Shown here in pieces: positions 36,563-47,656 of a stretch of DNA of 64,000 nucleotides. The notes beneath the pieces are model-generated. The model saw nothing but the letters and a program-made list of their open reading frames with translations, was not told the DNA's origin and did not search any database. The stretch is taken from NCBI GenBank assembly GCA_965644495.1, contig CBFFSA010000001.1, positions 1,426,001-1,490,000 of the forward strand. Direction: 5' to 3'. Position 1 is the stretch's first letter. Every line of letters begins with the position of its first letter. The DNA is from Perkinsela sp. CCAP 1560/9 (Eukaryota; Protista; Euglenozoa: Kinetoplastea). A program made the translations under genes and the position numbers.

Positions 36563-37410
36563 CTTTCAACTGCCTTGGCGTTTTAGCGTTTATGAGGCGC
36601 GAAACACTTTCCGAATAAATCTCGCAAATCAACTGAGCTGAAATGGGTTTTAGGCGCTCGAAATCAATTTTTGAGACTTTGAATGGAATGAATTCGCACA
36701 TCACAAGTTTGCGAAAGATAAAGTTGGCTAGCTCTGTCCCGCCATTCTCGGACTTGCATTCCGATATCATTTGACCTGCGAGATGCACGGACCGAGCTGA
36801 AAAAGGTTTTAAATGCTCAAGGACCGAACGACACACAGATCCAATGATAAGAATCGGCTCATCAAACTTCAAACGGGGAAATATTGACTCACAACATCTC
36901 AAACTACCAATGCAGGCGACGTCGACCATGGTGGGTATTGTCTTTTTCCGCGACTTTCCTCCTCTCGATACCATGGGCTCTCGTGGGAAAATGACCTTCA
37001 GCTGCCTTGGCGTTTTAGCGTTTATGAGGCGCGAAACACTTTTCAAATAAATTTCGCAAATCAACTGAGCTGAAATGGGTTTTAGGCGCTCGAAATCAAT
37101 TTTTGAGACTTTGATTGGAATGAATTCGCACATCACAAGTTTGCGAAAGATAAAGTTCGCTGGCTCTGTCTCACCATTCTGAGATTTGCGTTCCGATATC
37201 ATTTGACCTGCAAGATGCGCGGACCGAGCTGAAAAAGGTTTTAAATGCTCGAGGGCCGAACGACACACGGATCCAATGATAAGAATCGGCTCATCAAACT
37301 TCAAACGGGGAAATATTGACTCACAATATCTCAAACTACCAATGCAGGCGACGTCGACCATGGTGGGTATTATCTTTTTCCGCGACTTTCCTTCGCTCGA
37401 TACCATGGGC
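36563..37410 (-). repeat. 432-bp tandem duplication carrying four family-A-type hairpins (putative satellite of family A)
   Basis: Period 432 (36570 vs 37002); GAGC-N17-GCTC at 36635, 36794, 37067 and 37226. Confidence 0.8.
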
Positions 37411-37517
37411 TTCCGGGGGGAATCGCCCCCACAATGCATAAGGTGAAAAGTAGAGAGTAGGTCAACAAAAAGAGCCAACAATTGCCCCAAAAAGAGCCAA
37501 ACAACAGCCCCAAAAAA

Positions 37518-40126
37518 AGGGTGTCAAAAATTCGAAGCTTAGCCTTTACGCGAAGAGGCGAGATCCAAATACCTCGTAGTTTGCTAAAACACGCCCACGT
37601 CAAACGTAATCTGTCGGTTAATGTTAATTTAGGCTCGGTTTCATGCTGAACATGCCCCAGATGGCGGTACGATTTTACTTTCGGAATGTTCCCACAAGTT
37701 GATGAAAGGAGATCGCCATCCTTATTCTCATTCTTCGAGATGGACATCCATGCCGTTTTGTTGACACCAGCGGCTATACTCAAATTAGCTTTGGATGCTT
37801 CAGTAGCGACGCTGTCGACCATCCTTTCTAATGAACGTTTGGAGTCGGAAAACAGGATCAAATCATCAGCGTAATCAATATCAGTCACTCGTGTTGATTT
37901 ATATCCACGTTTTCTGGTTCCGGCGGAGCTCAGCGTTAGTCCATCATCTTTATTTTTCAATGCCGCGTGAAGGATGCGATCGAGAACCATGATAAATAAA
38001 TACGGAGCCAGCACATCCCCTTGCAAAATACCCGAGGTAATAGGAAAGGAGCTGGTTTTCCCAAACGGGGTACGTACAATGGCCTCTAAGCCCTCGTAGG
38101 CCGACATTGCAAGGGTTGTCATTCGAGGTCCTACGTGGAACGAATGTAACGCTGCCCTGATAGATGAGTGTGAAAGCGATGGAAAGGCACTCGCGAAGTC
38201 GATGAAAGCAATCATGACATTTTCGTGACTTCGATTCCGTCTTGATTTCGTGAGGATTTCATTGAGAATAATTTGGGCTCCACAGATGGACCTCTCCGGG
38301 CGGAAACCATATTGATTTTCGCGTAGAACTCGCTCGGTCGAGGGCCGAATACGATTCAAAATCATACCGTTAATTAGCTTGAGGATAACGTTGACAAGAC
38401 ATATTGGGCGCCAATTCCGCAGCTCGGAAAGATCACCTTTTTTCGGTACGGGGACTTGCAGAACGGTTTTCCAGAGATGGTGCGTCTTTCCCGTTTCAAG
38501 GGCTTTGTTGATGATTCCAAGAAGGAGATGGCGTAAAGAATTTTCTTCGAGTATGGATATGTACGCTTCCGCTGGTATCTCGTCGAGTCCTGGAGCTTTT
38601 CCTCGTTTAAGTCTACGCGCAGCGCATGCAAGTTCATCTTCTGTGAAAGGTGAATCCATGATTTCTCCTTCAAAGTTTTTGGCCTCATCAAATTCAACTT
38701 TTGTGTCTCCAACACCTCGGTTAGCAATTTTAGAGAAGAAGTCCTTAACGGCTGCTAGTCGTTTCCGGTTTGATTGACCTGCGCCATAATTAAAAACTGT
38801 TTTCCTCATTCCGCATATTTCGCGAATGAATCTCCAAGGGCTGGAATGGTTTTTCCGTAGTTTTTCTTGGAGAATTGCACATTCAGCTTCAATTGTTTCC
38901 TCAATTTGCTCACAACTCTTGTCTACAAGACCTTTGAATGTATGCGCATTTCGACTAGATTTGTACAGGGCGCTGAGTGATAATATTTCCTCTTGTTTGT
39001 TTGTTTCTTCTCGTTGCCCATTGGATTTACTTAAGTCACTTGGTGCCTCGAAATCCGGAAGTGTTTTCTGTGCCGCATATAGTATCCCCTCTGATAAAAC
39101 CTCCCACGGGTCGGGTCTTCCCTCTCCGATTACTTTGAAAACAGCTTGTTGGGTACATTTATTGAATTCCTTGCAAATATTTTCTGATTTTAGGTTGTAC
39201 CATGGCAAATGATTGCCAGGTTGTGTTTCATGCGCTTTCCACTTAATCTTGAGACGGGTGACAACCGAGCAGTGCTGCGTTGGGAAAGGAGCAAGTAAAA
39301 CTTTATGATGTTGTATTGCTGACGCGTATCTATTGGAAATTATAATATGATCTAATTGTCTCTCAGCGCCATTGGGAAGTTTACAAGTCCACTTTCGAGA
39401 GCTTGGTGAGAGAGTGTGGGCAGACTTGCAACCAACGTCTACAAGTAAGGCGCGAAATCGTGCTACAGCTGCTTTGTCTTCAGCAGTTTTGTTGACCAGC
39501 GTTAAAGGGGAATTAAAATCTCCAATTAAGATCGTAGGTCGTTGGGGGTTCGTGGATTCAAGATCGCGAACGGCCTTTCTTAAAGAAGCGTCGAAGGTAG
39601 ATTTCATTTCCTTAGAAGAATCCCTAATGGGACCGTACACATTGAATAGTGTAGCGTTCCCGTTTTCCCAAGGAAACTGTGCAGTCATAATCCGTTCTGA
39701 GATAACCCGCACCTTTTCCAATGGAAAAGTACTAACGAGCGCCATTCCGTTGTAAGAACGGTCGGACGTTGCTGAGGAAAAATATAAGTAATACGTAACG
39801 CCGGTGTCCTCCGTTTGCTGACGTAGAATCTCACCAAAGAGACGAGAATCAAAACGGAACCTCGTTTCCTGCAACCCCAGTATGTGAATCCTCTTGCTAC
39901 TCATAAGGTTCAATATTTCCTTCAATCGGACACACGATCGAATAGAAAACAAATCCCCCCCCTCTAATTTTAATGAGGTCACATTCAGGGTCGCTATCGA
40001 CAACTTCTCCTTCACAGCCGAACCATTTTGGTTCTCCAAAGCGCGATCGACATGCTCGCCGGGCGACGTCGATTTGGTAGCGCAGCGACGCCATCGCCTC
40101 TTACGCCGGGAGGGAGCCGATCTCAT
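37518..40126 (-). CDS. APE endonuclease-reverse transcriptase of an RTE-like non-LTR element (interrupted at its 3' end)
   Basis: ATLNV, GLQET, NVYGP, GDFN and LDHI; KAPGLD, NWRPICL, QYGFR, GILQGDVLAPYLF and YADD. Confidence 0.92.
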
Positions 40127-40435
40127 TCGAACAGCGCATGATGATGATGATGTATTGGGCCTTTTGACTCCGAAAAGTTATGGCCCCTCAACTCCCCAAA
40201 CGGGCAGTCCGAATACGTCTTGCGACGTATCCGGAGAGCCAGCCATAGCAAGCTACGGCTGACCTCCGTTTGGAGAGGAGTTAGGTTACAGCTAGGGAGG
40301 TGGGGTGCGCTATACCCCTGCGCCTTAGGTAATGCAAATAAGGCGCCCCTTGACCAAAAAAAACCACTCTATCTTTTGAGGGTGGATAAAAAAAAAAAAC
40401 ACAGACACATTCCAAAGATTAGCCCGAATGGCACC

Positions 40436-40619
40436 CACCCTAGTTTCTTAGTACCTTGTTATATTCGGTACCGGGCGGTGCCACCCATTCTACGTTGCCA
40501 GAATGACATCCACCCTAATTATTTAGTGCCTCGTTTTACTGGCACCGGGTAGTGTCATCCATATTGTATTCATCGTATTCACCCTAGTTCTTTAGCGTCT
40601 TGTTATGCGACGCCGGGTG
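40436..40619 (-). other. Three copies of hairpin motif C between ORF1 and the APE-RT ORF
   Basis: At 40436-40477, 40511-40551 and 40580-40619. The inner stems covary. Confidence 0.75.
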
Positions 40620-40653
40620 AGTTAGCTCGGGAAGCTGGGATCGCTAAGTCCCA

Positions 40654-41028
40654 TCATCCGACATAAGCCGGATGCCCTGACATAACAGCGCATATGATAA
40701 CTCTTGCGGAAATGGGGGGGAAGGGAAACACCAGGTCAGCTCTTTGATGATACTTCACGCTGAAGCGATCAGTATCCTCAAAGTTTCCCATAACATCTCC
40801 CTCCCATAGTCGGTATTTCCGAGAACCATCATACCGCCATACGACTGCAATATGGCAACCTCTACGCATCCAGCGCATGAGACTTGATAACGCACTGCGA
40901 CGGAGTTTTGCGCCCTTATTTTCAACCGGAATAGGCGGCAGAAAAAGAGAGCCCCGACCAAGCGTGGAACGATCGAGACATTCGCGAACAACGCGCACCT
41001 CGACCGCACCTGACGCATCCGTCGTCAT
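40654..41028 (-). CDS. 124-aa Tudor-like beta-barrel protein (candidate ORF1 of the APE element), SL-capped
   Basis: SL at 41057-41093 and a 28-nt 5' UTR; GCHIAVVWRYD...WEGDV...FSVKY...FPFPP. Confidence 0.7.
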   Translation of the reverse strand: MTTDASGAVEVRVVRECLDRSTLGRGSLFLPPIPVENKGAKLRRSALSSLMRWMRRGCHIAVVWRYDGSRKYRLWEGDVMGNFEDTDRFSVKYHQRADLVFPFPPISARVIICAVMSGHPAYVG

Positions 41029-41174
41029 TTTGTTAAAATCTTAACAAAAAGATGGTCAACAAGGTACAGAAACTGTATCTTTATCGTTAAAGACTTGCGT
41101 GCTGCGTGGCACAGCTCCTAGCAAGCGATAAGGGGAGGCTTGGTCTAGGGAGGTAACATCTCCTCGGAGATATA

Positions 41175-41715
41175 TTGCCTAATTCATCATCATCATCATC
41201 TTCCGCTGTGCCATCTGTTGCTCAGAATCCTTCCCCTCCCGGTACTGCTCCACCTATTGCGTCGCCTCCTTCCCCTCCCGGTACTGCGCCATCTACGGCA
41301 TTTTCTCCTCCCGCTGCCCTTACACCTGCGCAACCACAATCTACACCGCAGACTCCTCCACAGCAGTCTCCGGGGCGATCTTACGTCCACCTCCAAAACA
41401 TCTCGTCTCCGCCGACTTCCCCGCCAGCCTCAAGACCCAGCATGCACACCTTCTCCCGAAAAGCGCGAGCACGAGCCCTCAGAATGACAGCCGAGCCGTC
41501 ATCCCCCTACGCTCTTCGATTTCCCCCATTAGCGACATCACTCCCACCATCACACTTTTCGCCAATGAGATCGCATCCGTCGCCATCACCACTGCCACTG
41601 CCCCCCCCTCTCCGCTGCCAATCCGAAACACCAGAGTACAATCGCCCGATCACAGATGAAGAAATATTGCGTCCTCTTAACCCCTCCGCTGTCATCGTGG
41701 ATGAAACTAACGGGC
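41175..41715 (+). mobile_element. Family A Pro-rich N-terminal fragment, continuing at 43085
   Basis: MHTFSRKARAR resembles A1 MHTLSRRARAK. The frame resumes after the MITE (ETNG|QRRRR). Confidence 0.7.
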
Positions 41716-43084
41716 GGCCAGGTGGGGCATTCGATGAAAATTCATCGAAGGCACCGTGCGTTCGATGAATATTCATTGAACGGCGTCCCGTTCGATGAAT
41801 ATTCATCGAACGGGCAGTGCGTTCGATGAATCATTCATCCAACGGGCACTGCTGCACGAATTTTTCGTCTCGATTTTTTTTGGGGGGAATTTGAACATTA
41901 CCATCTCGTTTACATGTCTGGAGGCAAGGCCCAACTGTCAGCGAAGCCCAAGTGTGCAAGCAAGGCCCCCGTCTGCGAGCAAGGCCCAACTGTGAGCGTA
42001 GCCCGCTTCTGGAGGCAAAAGCCCCCTTTTGCGAGCAAGGCTCAACTGTGAGCGTAGCCCTGGGACATAATTATATTTTTTGGCGACCCGCGCGCTCCAT
42101 GCGGAGGTGGTGGATATTAGCACGGCGGGCGGATGAGTTGGCATCACGGCCTTCTTTTTCCATCGGGCACGAGGGAGCGGCAAAATCTCAGGAGCTACTC
42201 CTGATTCTTTTGCTTTGGAGCGTGTGAACACTCCCATGAAAGGTAAAAAAAGTAAATAATCAACAAGGTACAGAAACTGTATCTTTATCGTTAAAGATTA
42301 TTGTACGTGTGCTTCTCTCTAGATTCGTGGGAAGCAATTTGCGAAGCCCAACTACCTTGATAACAAATTTTAGTACCCATTTTGGCCGCGCGGGGGCCCC
42401 CGCGTGAGCGGGGGTGCGCGCGGCCGCGAAACGGCGAGGGCCCGCGTGAGCGGGCCTGAGCCGTACCCCGCGTAGGATTCCCCTGTGCGTCGTTAGTGGG
42501 AAGCAATTTGCGAAGCTCACTGAATTTCGTAGTTTTCGCTACGCAGGCGTTGTCAACGTATATAGTGTAGTGTAGGATACTGAACACACGGAAAATGAAA
42601 ATCAAAAAAAATTCTTGGGTGTTCCACAAAAGTCCTTGACCGATGCAAAAGTCCTTGACTTGCACCGTAAATTTCCGTTCGTTGAGTACTCAACGAAAAT
42701 CCGGCAGTTCGTTGAGTACAACGAACGTACCCCCAACCCAATATTTTTTGGGTCGCGCACTGAGGACCTGTGTCTGCCGCTTCCGCAGGTTTGTGTATTT
42801 GTAAGTTATGATTTTATCTTTGTAAACTTATGAGGCAATAGTTTTAAGAATCCTTCCGCTTTTTGATAACGTTTCGGATTTGTTTTTGTCTTACGGATCA
42901 AAGTAGCAGCCACGAGCATGATGCAGACCGAAACGAGCTTTTTTTTTACAAAAAAAAATTGCGTTTTCATTCATCGAACAGGACATCCTGTTCGATGAAT
43001 GATTCATCGAACGGGTCGTACTGCAATCCATTCATCGAACGGACAGTGCGTTCGATGAATATTCATCGAGTGCCCCCCCTCCCC
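41716..43084. mobile_element. Merlin-type non-autonomous element with GG-starting TIRs, palindromic subterminal repeats and an 8-bp TSD
   Basis: Left end GGCCAGGTGGGGCATTCGATG vs right end (reverse complement) GGGGAGGGGGGGCACTCGATG; TSD TAACGGGC at 41708-41715 and 43085-43092. Confidence 0.8.
42080..42299 (-). mobile_element. SL plus the 5' end of a family A mRNA (MGVFTRSKAK) inside the MITE
   Basis: Full 39-nt SL at 42261-42299; ATG at 42237. The 3' boundary is approximate. Confidence 0.85.
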
Positions 43085-43580
43085 TAACGGGCAACGACGC
43101 AGAAGACTGAAGGCAGAAGAAACGGCTCGCCGAAAGGCAGAAGAAACGAAGAAGGCAGAGGACTGCGCTACTAGACCGCACGAGCAATTACACCACACCG
43201 TTTGCACCACACAAATCAATGCACCAACGCCACTAGACGCACCCGAAGAATTTCTGAACAATGAACCTAAATATCATTTCGCTCTAAAGATTGTGCAACG
43301 ACGCATCAACGTCGTGTACATAACCTTCCCATATGTTGTAGCCCAAAACTAATAATTCAACCTGCCTTAAGTTACAGTATTTATTGCGGGGTGTATAAAC
43401 GAGGGGTGCATAAACAGGGGATGGGGGAATATGCTTGGGAAAGGACGTGCAATACCCCCATCCACAAAAATTAGAACTTCAGTTATAGTATCCTAAATTT
43501 CATATCGTAAACTCATATTTCGCATTTCTGAAACACCAACAAAAAAGATTATCACGCAAACTTGTGTCCTATCGTCCTTT

Positions 43581-45960
43581 TCAAGCTTTCATAGAACCGA
43601 GCCATGAAGCTCGCGGTAGGAGGTCACGGAGCTGTGAGACAATTGTATAAGCGTTGAGTTTTTCAATCTCAAGCTGAAATGCCTCACGAACTTCAGGAAC
43701 GTTAAGGTTCGCTCTCTTAGCGAGGGAGGCTATGAGATTCCGTGTGTGTTCGTGCAAAGAACCACTTTCGGTCATTGCAATGCACTTAAAGTAATCTTCT
43801 TCGATCCCGCCGGATTCAAAGTACTTTTTCCTTTTCCTCTCAATCGCATTTTGCAACAGCTGTGTTTCAGTCATCTTCCGATAGCTTAAGCTTCCGGTGT
43901 GAACTACGGTGATGTCATACAGTACTTCGCCCATGTGTGGCCACATAATACCGAGGTCGGGGCCAGAGCGTATTCTTCGGGCACGGCAAGGGTGCTTCTC
44001 AATCGATTCTGGAGAAATGTGCGCTTTGCATTTTGTGCAGTAAAAGGAAGCATGCATGCGCGGTTCAATCACAGAGGGGAGGCCCGCTTTAGAGCACAGA
44101 TCTGCTAGGAACCGTACAAGAGATGAATGCTTTCTTGTTGCGTTCATTCCTGCGCATTTTGTGCATCCGATTATATGTTGGAAGATTTCGTCCGATCTCA
44201 TCTCAGCAGCACAACCCGGGCACTCGGCTCTGTCCGGCATCGAAGGAAGCTTGATTCCCAACCTGGTCATAATGGTATATCGGAAAAGGTAGGGATTCAC
44301 ATATCCGCTAGTGGATTGTAGGTGGCGAAATGACGTCGTGGTTCGCTTCAGAATGGAGTCCAATCGTGGGTCTTTGCGTAGGTCTGTTGCTAGATCTTTT
44401 TGTTCTTTTTTTATGGCTTGGGATGCATGTACTCGAGCTGTTTGCTGCATGGGTTTCGTGTCTCTGTTTTGATCTTTCGACATGCGAATACCTACCGGAG
44501 CTTTAGGGGTAATTAGTTGCTCATCAATAGATTTTCGTGCGGTGTCAAAATAGTATCGCTGCTTCAGAGTAGAAGGAGTTAGCCCAAGGCCACCCAAGTG
44601 TTGCGGTAGTGACGCTAGTTGAATGGAAGTGTCATCTGCGAAGAACCAATATTTTACAATATCAGCAATTTCTGTGTCAAATCTTTGTGCCATATCCAGG
44701 GATTCTGCCGGTCGGTGAACTCGAAGGTGATAATCGTTTCGCGGGAGTGCACATCGTTGCAGCATGGCGAGGGAGATGTTGCTAGGACCCATTTTTCGTA
44801 GCCTGCGGAATAAACATTGATGTTTCTCAAGTTTTCGGACGAGAAGAGCACTTATCTCTGCACGTTGCCCAATGTAGGCGCCGAGAATTTTGATAGTTTT
44901 GTCACACTTGGATACCCCTAAAGAACTGAGAGCCAATGATTGTTCGTTGTTTTGCTTAGTAGCTTCGTGATCAAACCATTCTGATTTCGAGAAGTTGATA
45001 TTGAGGCCAATGTCGGATGATAATTCACGCAGCTGCAGGAAGGCTGCTTCTAGGGAAAGACGGTTTTTCGACGACATCGTCACATCATCCATATAGGCGC
45101 GGATTTTAACCTCGGGGAATAACTCGGCGAGTTCCACCAACGCTCCTTGTAGTAGTGCACAAAAGTAAAGAGAGGAAAGCGCAGAGCCTTGCCGTACCCC
45201 GGACGTGCTCTTTATCGTAGTGTGGAGGCGGTTGTTCGCAAAGAAAAGCAAGTCCGAGGGGTCGCCGTATTCGCAGTAGAACATCCGCATAAATGGTTTG
45301 AAAGCGCTGTTTTGCTGCAGTGCCCGTGCAATGGCCGCTCTTTGTGGAGTGTTATACGCGTTCGAGTAGTCTACTGTCAGGATAGTGTGTCCGGAATCGC
45401 GGTCCTTGAGGAGTTCGTGAACAATGCTTTCGCACGCGTTTTTCTGTAGGACTCCACGTTGGATGGGATAGAAGAAGCCTTTTAGAGATGCCTCTTGGCG
45501 TTGCAACAGAATGGAACCGCATATTTTTAGCACTGTATCACCCATCGCGATTGGTCGTATGCCGTTTTGTGGTTTCGCAAGGGCAATAATTCTACATCGA
45601 GTTAATCTGTTGCGTACCGATGCGCATACATCACCATTGATGACGTCCCTGAGCATGTGACATAGCGCGGTACAGGATTCGTTGTCGTCGGCTAATAGGC
45701 GGAGGATATTCTCACCGAGGCCTGTCGGCCCCGGGGCCGCTCCATGGGCAAGCTTGGTTATAGCCATCCGGACTTCTTCCAACTCAACCACACCGGCTGG
45801 CGGATATTCCGAAGTAGGTGCAGGGGGCGGGTCGCCAGGAGGGTGTAATTCTTTCAGCCGTCGTACCTTGTCGTCCAAACTTAGTGAGGAGTCGAGATAG
45901 ACGTTGTCCAGAACCCTGGTTGCTTTGCCAAGATTCCCTGCTCGAGCTGCCTTTAGAGCG
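43581..45960 (-). mobile_element. Family A element, 5'-truncated RT-RLE ORF
   Basis: VDYSNAYN, GVRQGS, YMDD, CPGC and SGPDLGIMWP. Confidence 0.92.
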
Positions 45961-45977
45961 TTCCGGATTTAGAGCGT

Positions 45978-47633
45978 TCCCGGATGCGTCCAATGTACAG
46001 GGCTTAATGCCACAGTGAAGCACAATCGGCTGGTTAAGTATATCTTCGATTTGGCGCAAAAGGCCGGTATACAATGTGAGAAAGAACCGCGATCTTTTTC
46101 GACTTGGCAATGCGGAATTTGCAAGAATAAAGTGTTTCCAAGCAACAAAATGATTCATGACAAAACATGTGCCGGACGTCAGCTGTTTCGCTCAGGGCCT
46201 GATTTGGTGATATATATAAACGTCGTATGCCCGGGATGCTGTGGTCCAGAAACATCTTCTAGTATTATTCCACATATCGCAGGATGCTCGAGATGCTCAG
46301 GTATGAACTGCACTCGTAAACACTCTCACATCGTGCGCTATCTAGCTGACTTGTGCGCGAAGGCAGGACTTCCGTGTGTTATCGAACCGCGAATTCACTC
46401 CTCATTTTATTGTACAAAGTGTAAATGCTCTATTTCTGCGGAGGTTTCTGACCAACATCCATGTAAGGCGCGCAGGATTCGATCTGGCCCCGACCTCGCT
46501 ATCATGTGGCCCCATATGGGAGAAGTCCTCTATGATTTCACAGTGGTTCACACTTGCTGCAACAGTTACAAGAAACAAACAAGCAACTACCTACTGCAGC
46601 AAGCCCAGGAAAGGAAGTTCAAGAAATATGTGACAGAGAAAGGTGTGGACAGTGAGGCATTTCGTTGCATCGCCGCCTCAGATTGTGGTGTGTTGCACAA
46701 CGACACAAAACAACTATTAAAGGCGTTGGCTCAGCGCGCGAATCGAAAATATGAAAACGTGCGTGAGGCTTTTCAGCTGGAACTTGAAAAGCTATCGGCT
46801 TACACGGTAGTGTCTCAACTCCGAGATTACATCACCGATGAAAAGTGGATTGGGAGTTTACGACTCTAAAAGAGTTCACTACCACACGTATATCTCCGTA
46901 CAAATAAGTATTGATTAGTTGCCTTCGAATATATTAGGTCCTTTCGAATATATTAGATACTGCTACTTCTGCATTGATTCTTCATCACGTTTGACAACAA
47001 TTGGCGCGTATACAATAATTGATCCGGGAACTGTTCTTTTTTACTTTGAGGCTTTGCTGGTTTCGAGGGGACAAGTGTCATCAAAAAATGATATATTGGT
47101 CAACCGGGGAAATATTTTATGATCTAACTGTGGTGCACGAGCTATCGAACTCCAATCAAGCGAAATCTTGTTCCCAGCTTCTTACAGATGCAATCAAGCG
47201 GAAACGGGATACATATGTGACATCCGGAAAAATTCCCGACTTCGCATTTCAGTGCATCCCAGTGCTGTCCTGCGGCTCTCTTCATCAAAATACGAGATCT
47301 CTGTTGCATGTCCTATCCGACGCGGCACTCTTAAATCGTCGAGCAACCGAAATGGAGTTCAAGCTCCTACTTCAGGAACTGAATGGGACGGAAGTGTACG
47401 CCCAGTTGCGGAACCACTTATCCCCGCAAGGCAGCAGCAGGTACAGCATTTGAGCCAAATGTATCAACATAGTTTCGTTTCTCAATGCCTATTAATGTAT
47501 TATTATATACATAATATCTATAGCGAATTCCCACTCAAAAATATATAAAAAGAATAAAAATTGCAAAGGAAGGCAATATTATCACTGCTTGCACTGATTC
47601 TTGAGGAGTTTCGTAAAAAAAAAAAAAAAAAAA
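45978..47633 (+). mobile_element. Chain of three family A RLE fragments (stops at 46869 and 47453; poly(A) at 47615)
   Basis: Two SGPDL motifs fused in ORF 46015-46869; a third fragment begins IYWSTGEIFYDLTVVH. Confidence 0.85.
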
Positions 47634-47656
47634 TCTAAACTTTAACGATAAGATAC

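Noticed and set aside
36504-37490. 328-aa repeat protein as a host gene
   Set aside because: It has no recognisable domain and a non-ATG start at a junction, and its similarity to family A coincides with RNA hairpins. Coding potential is unresolved.
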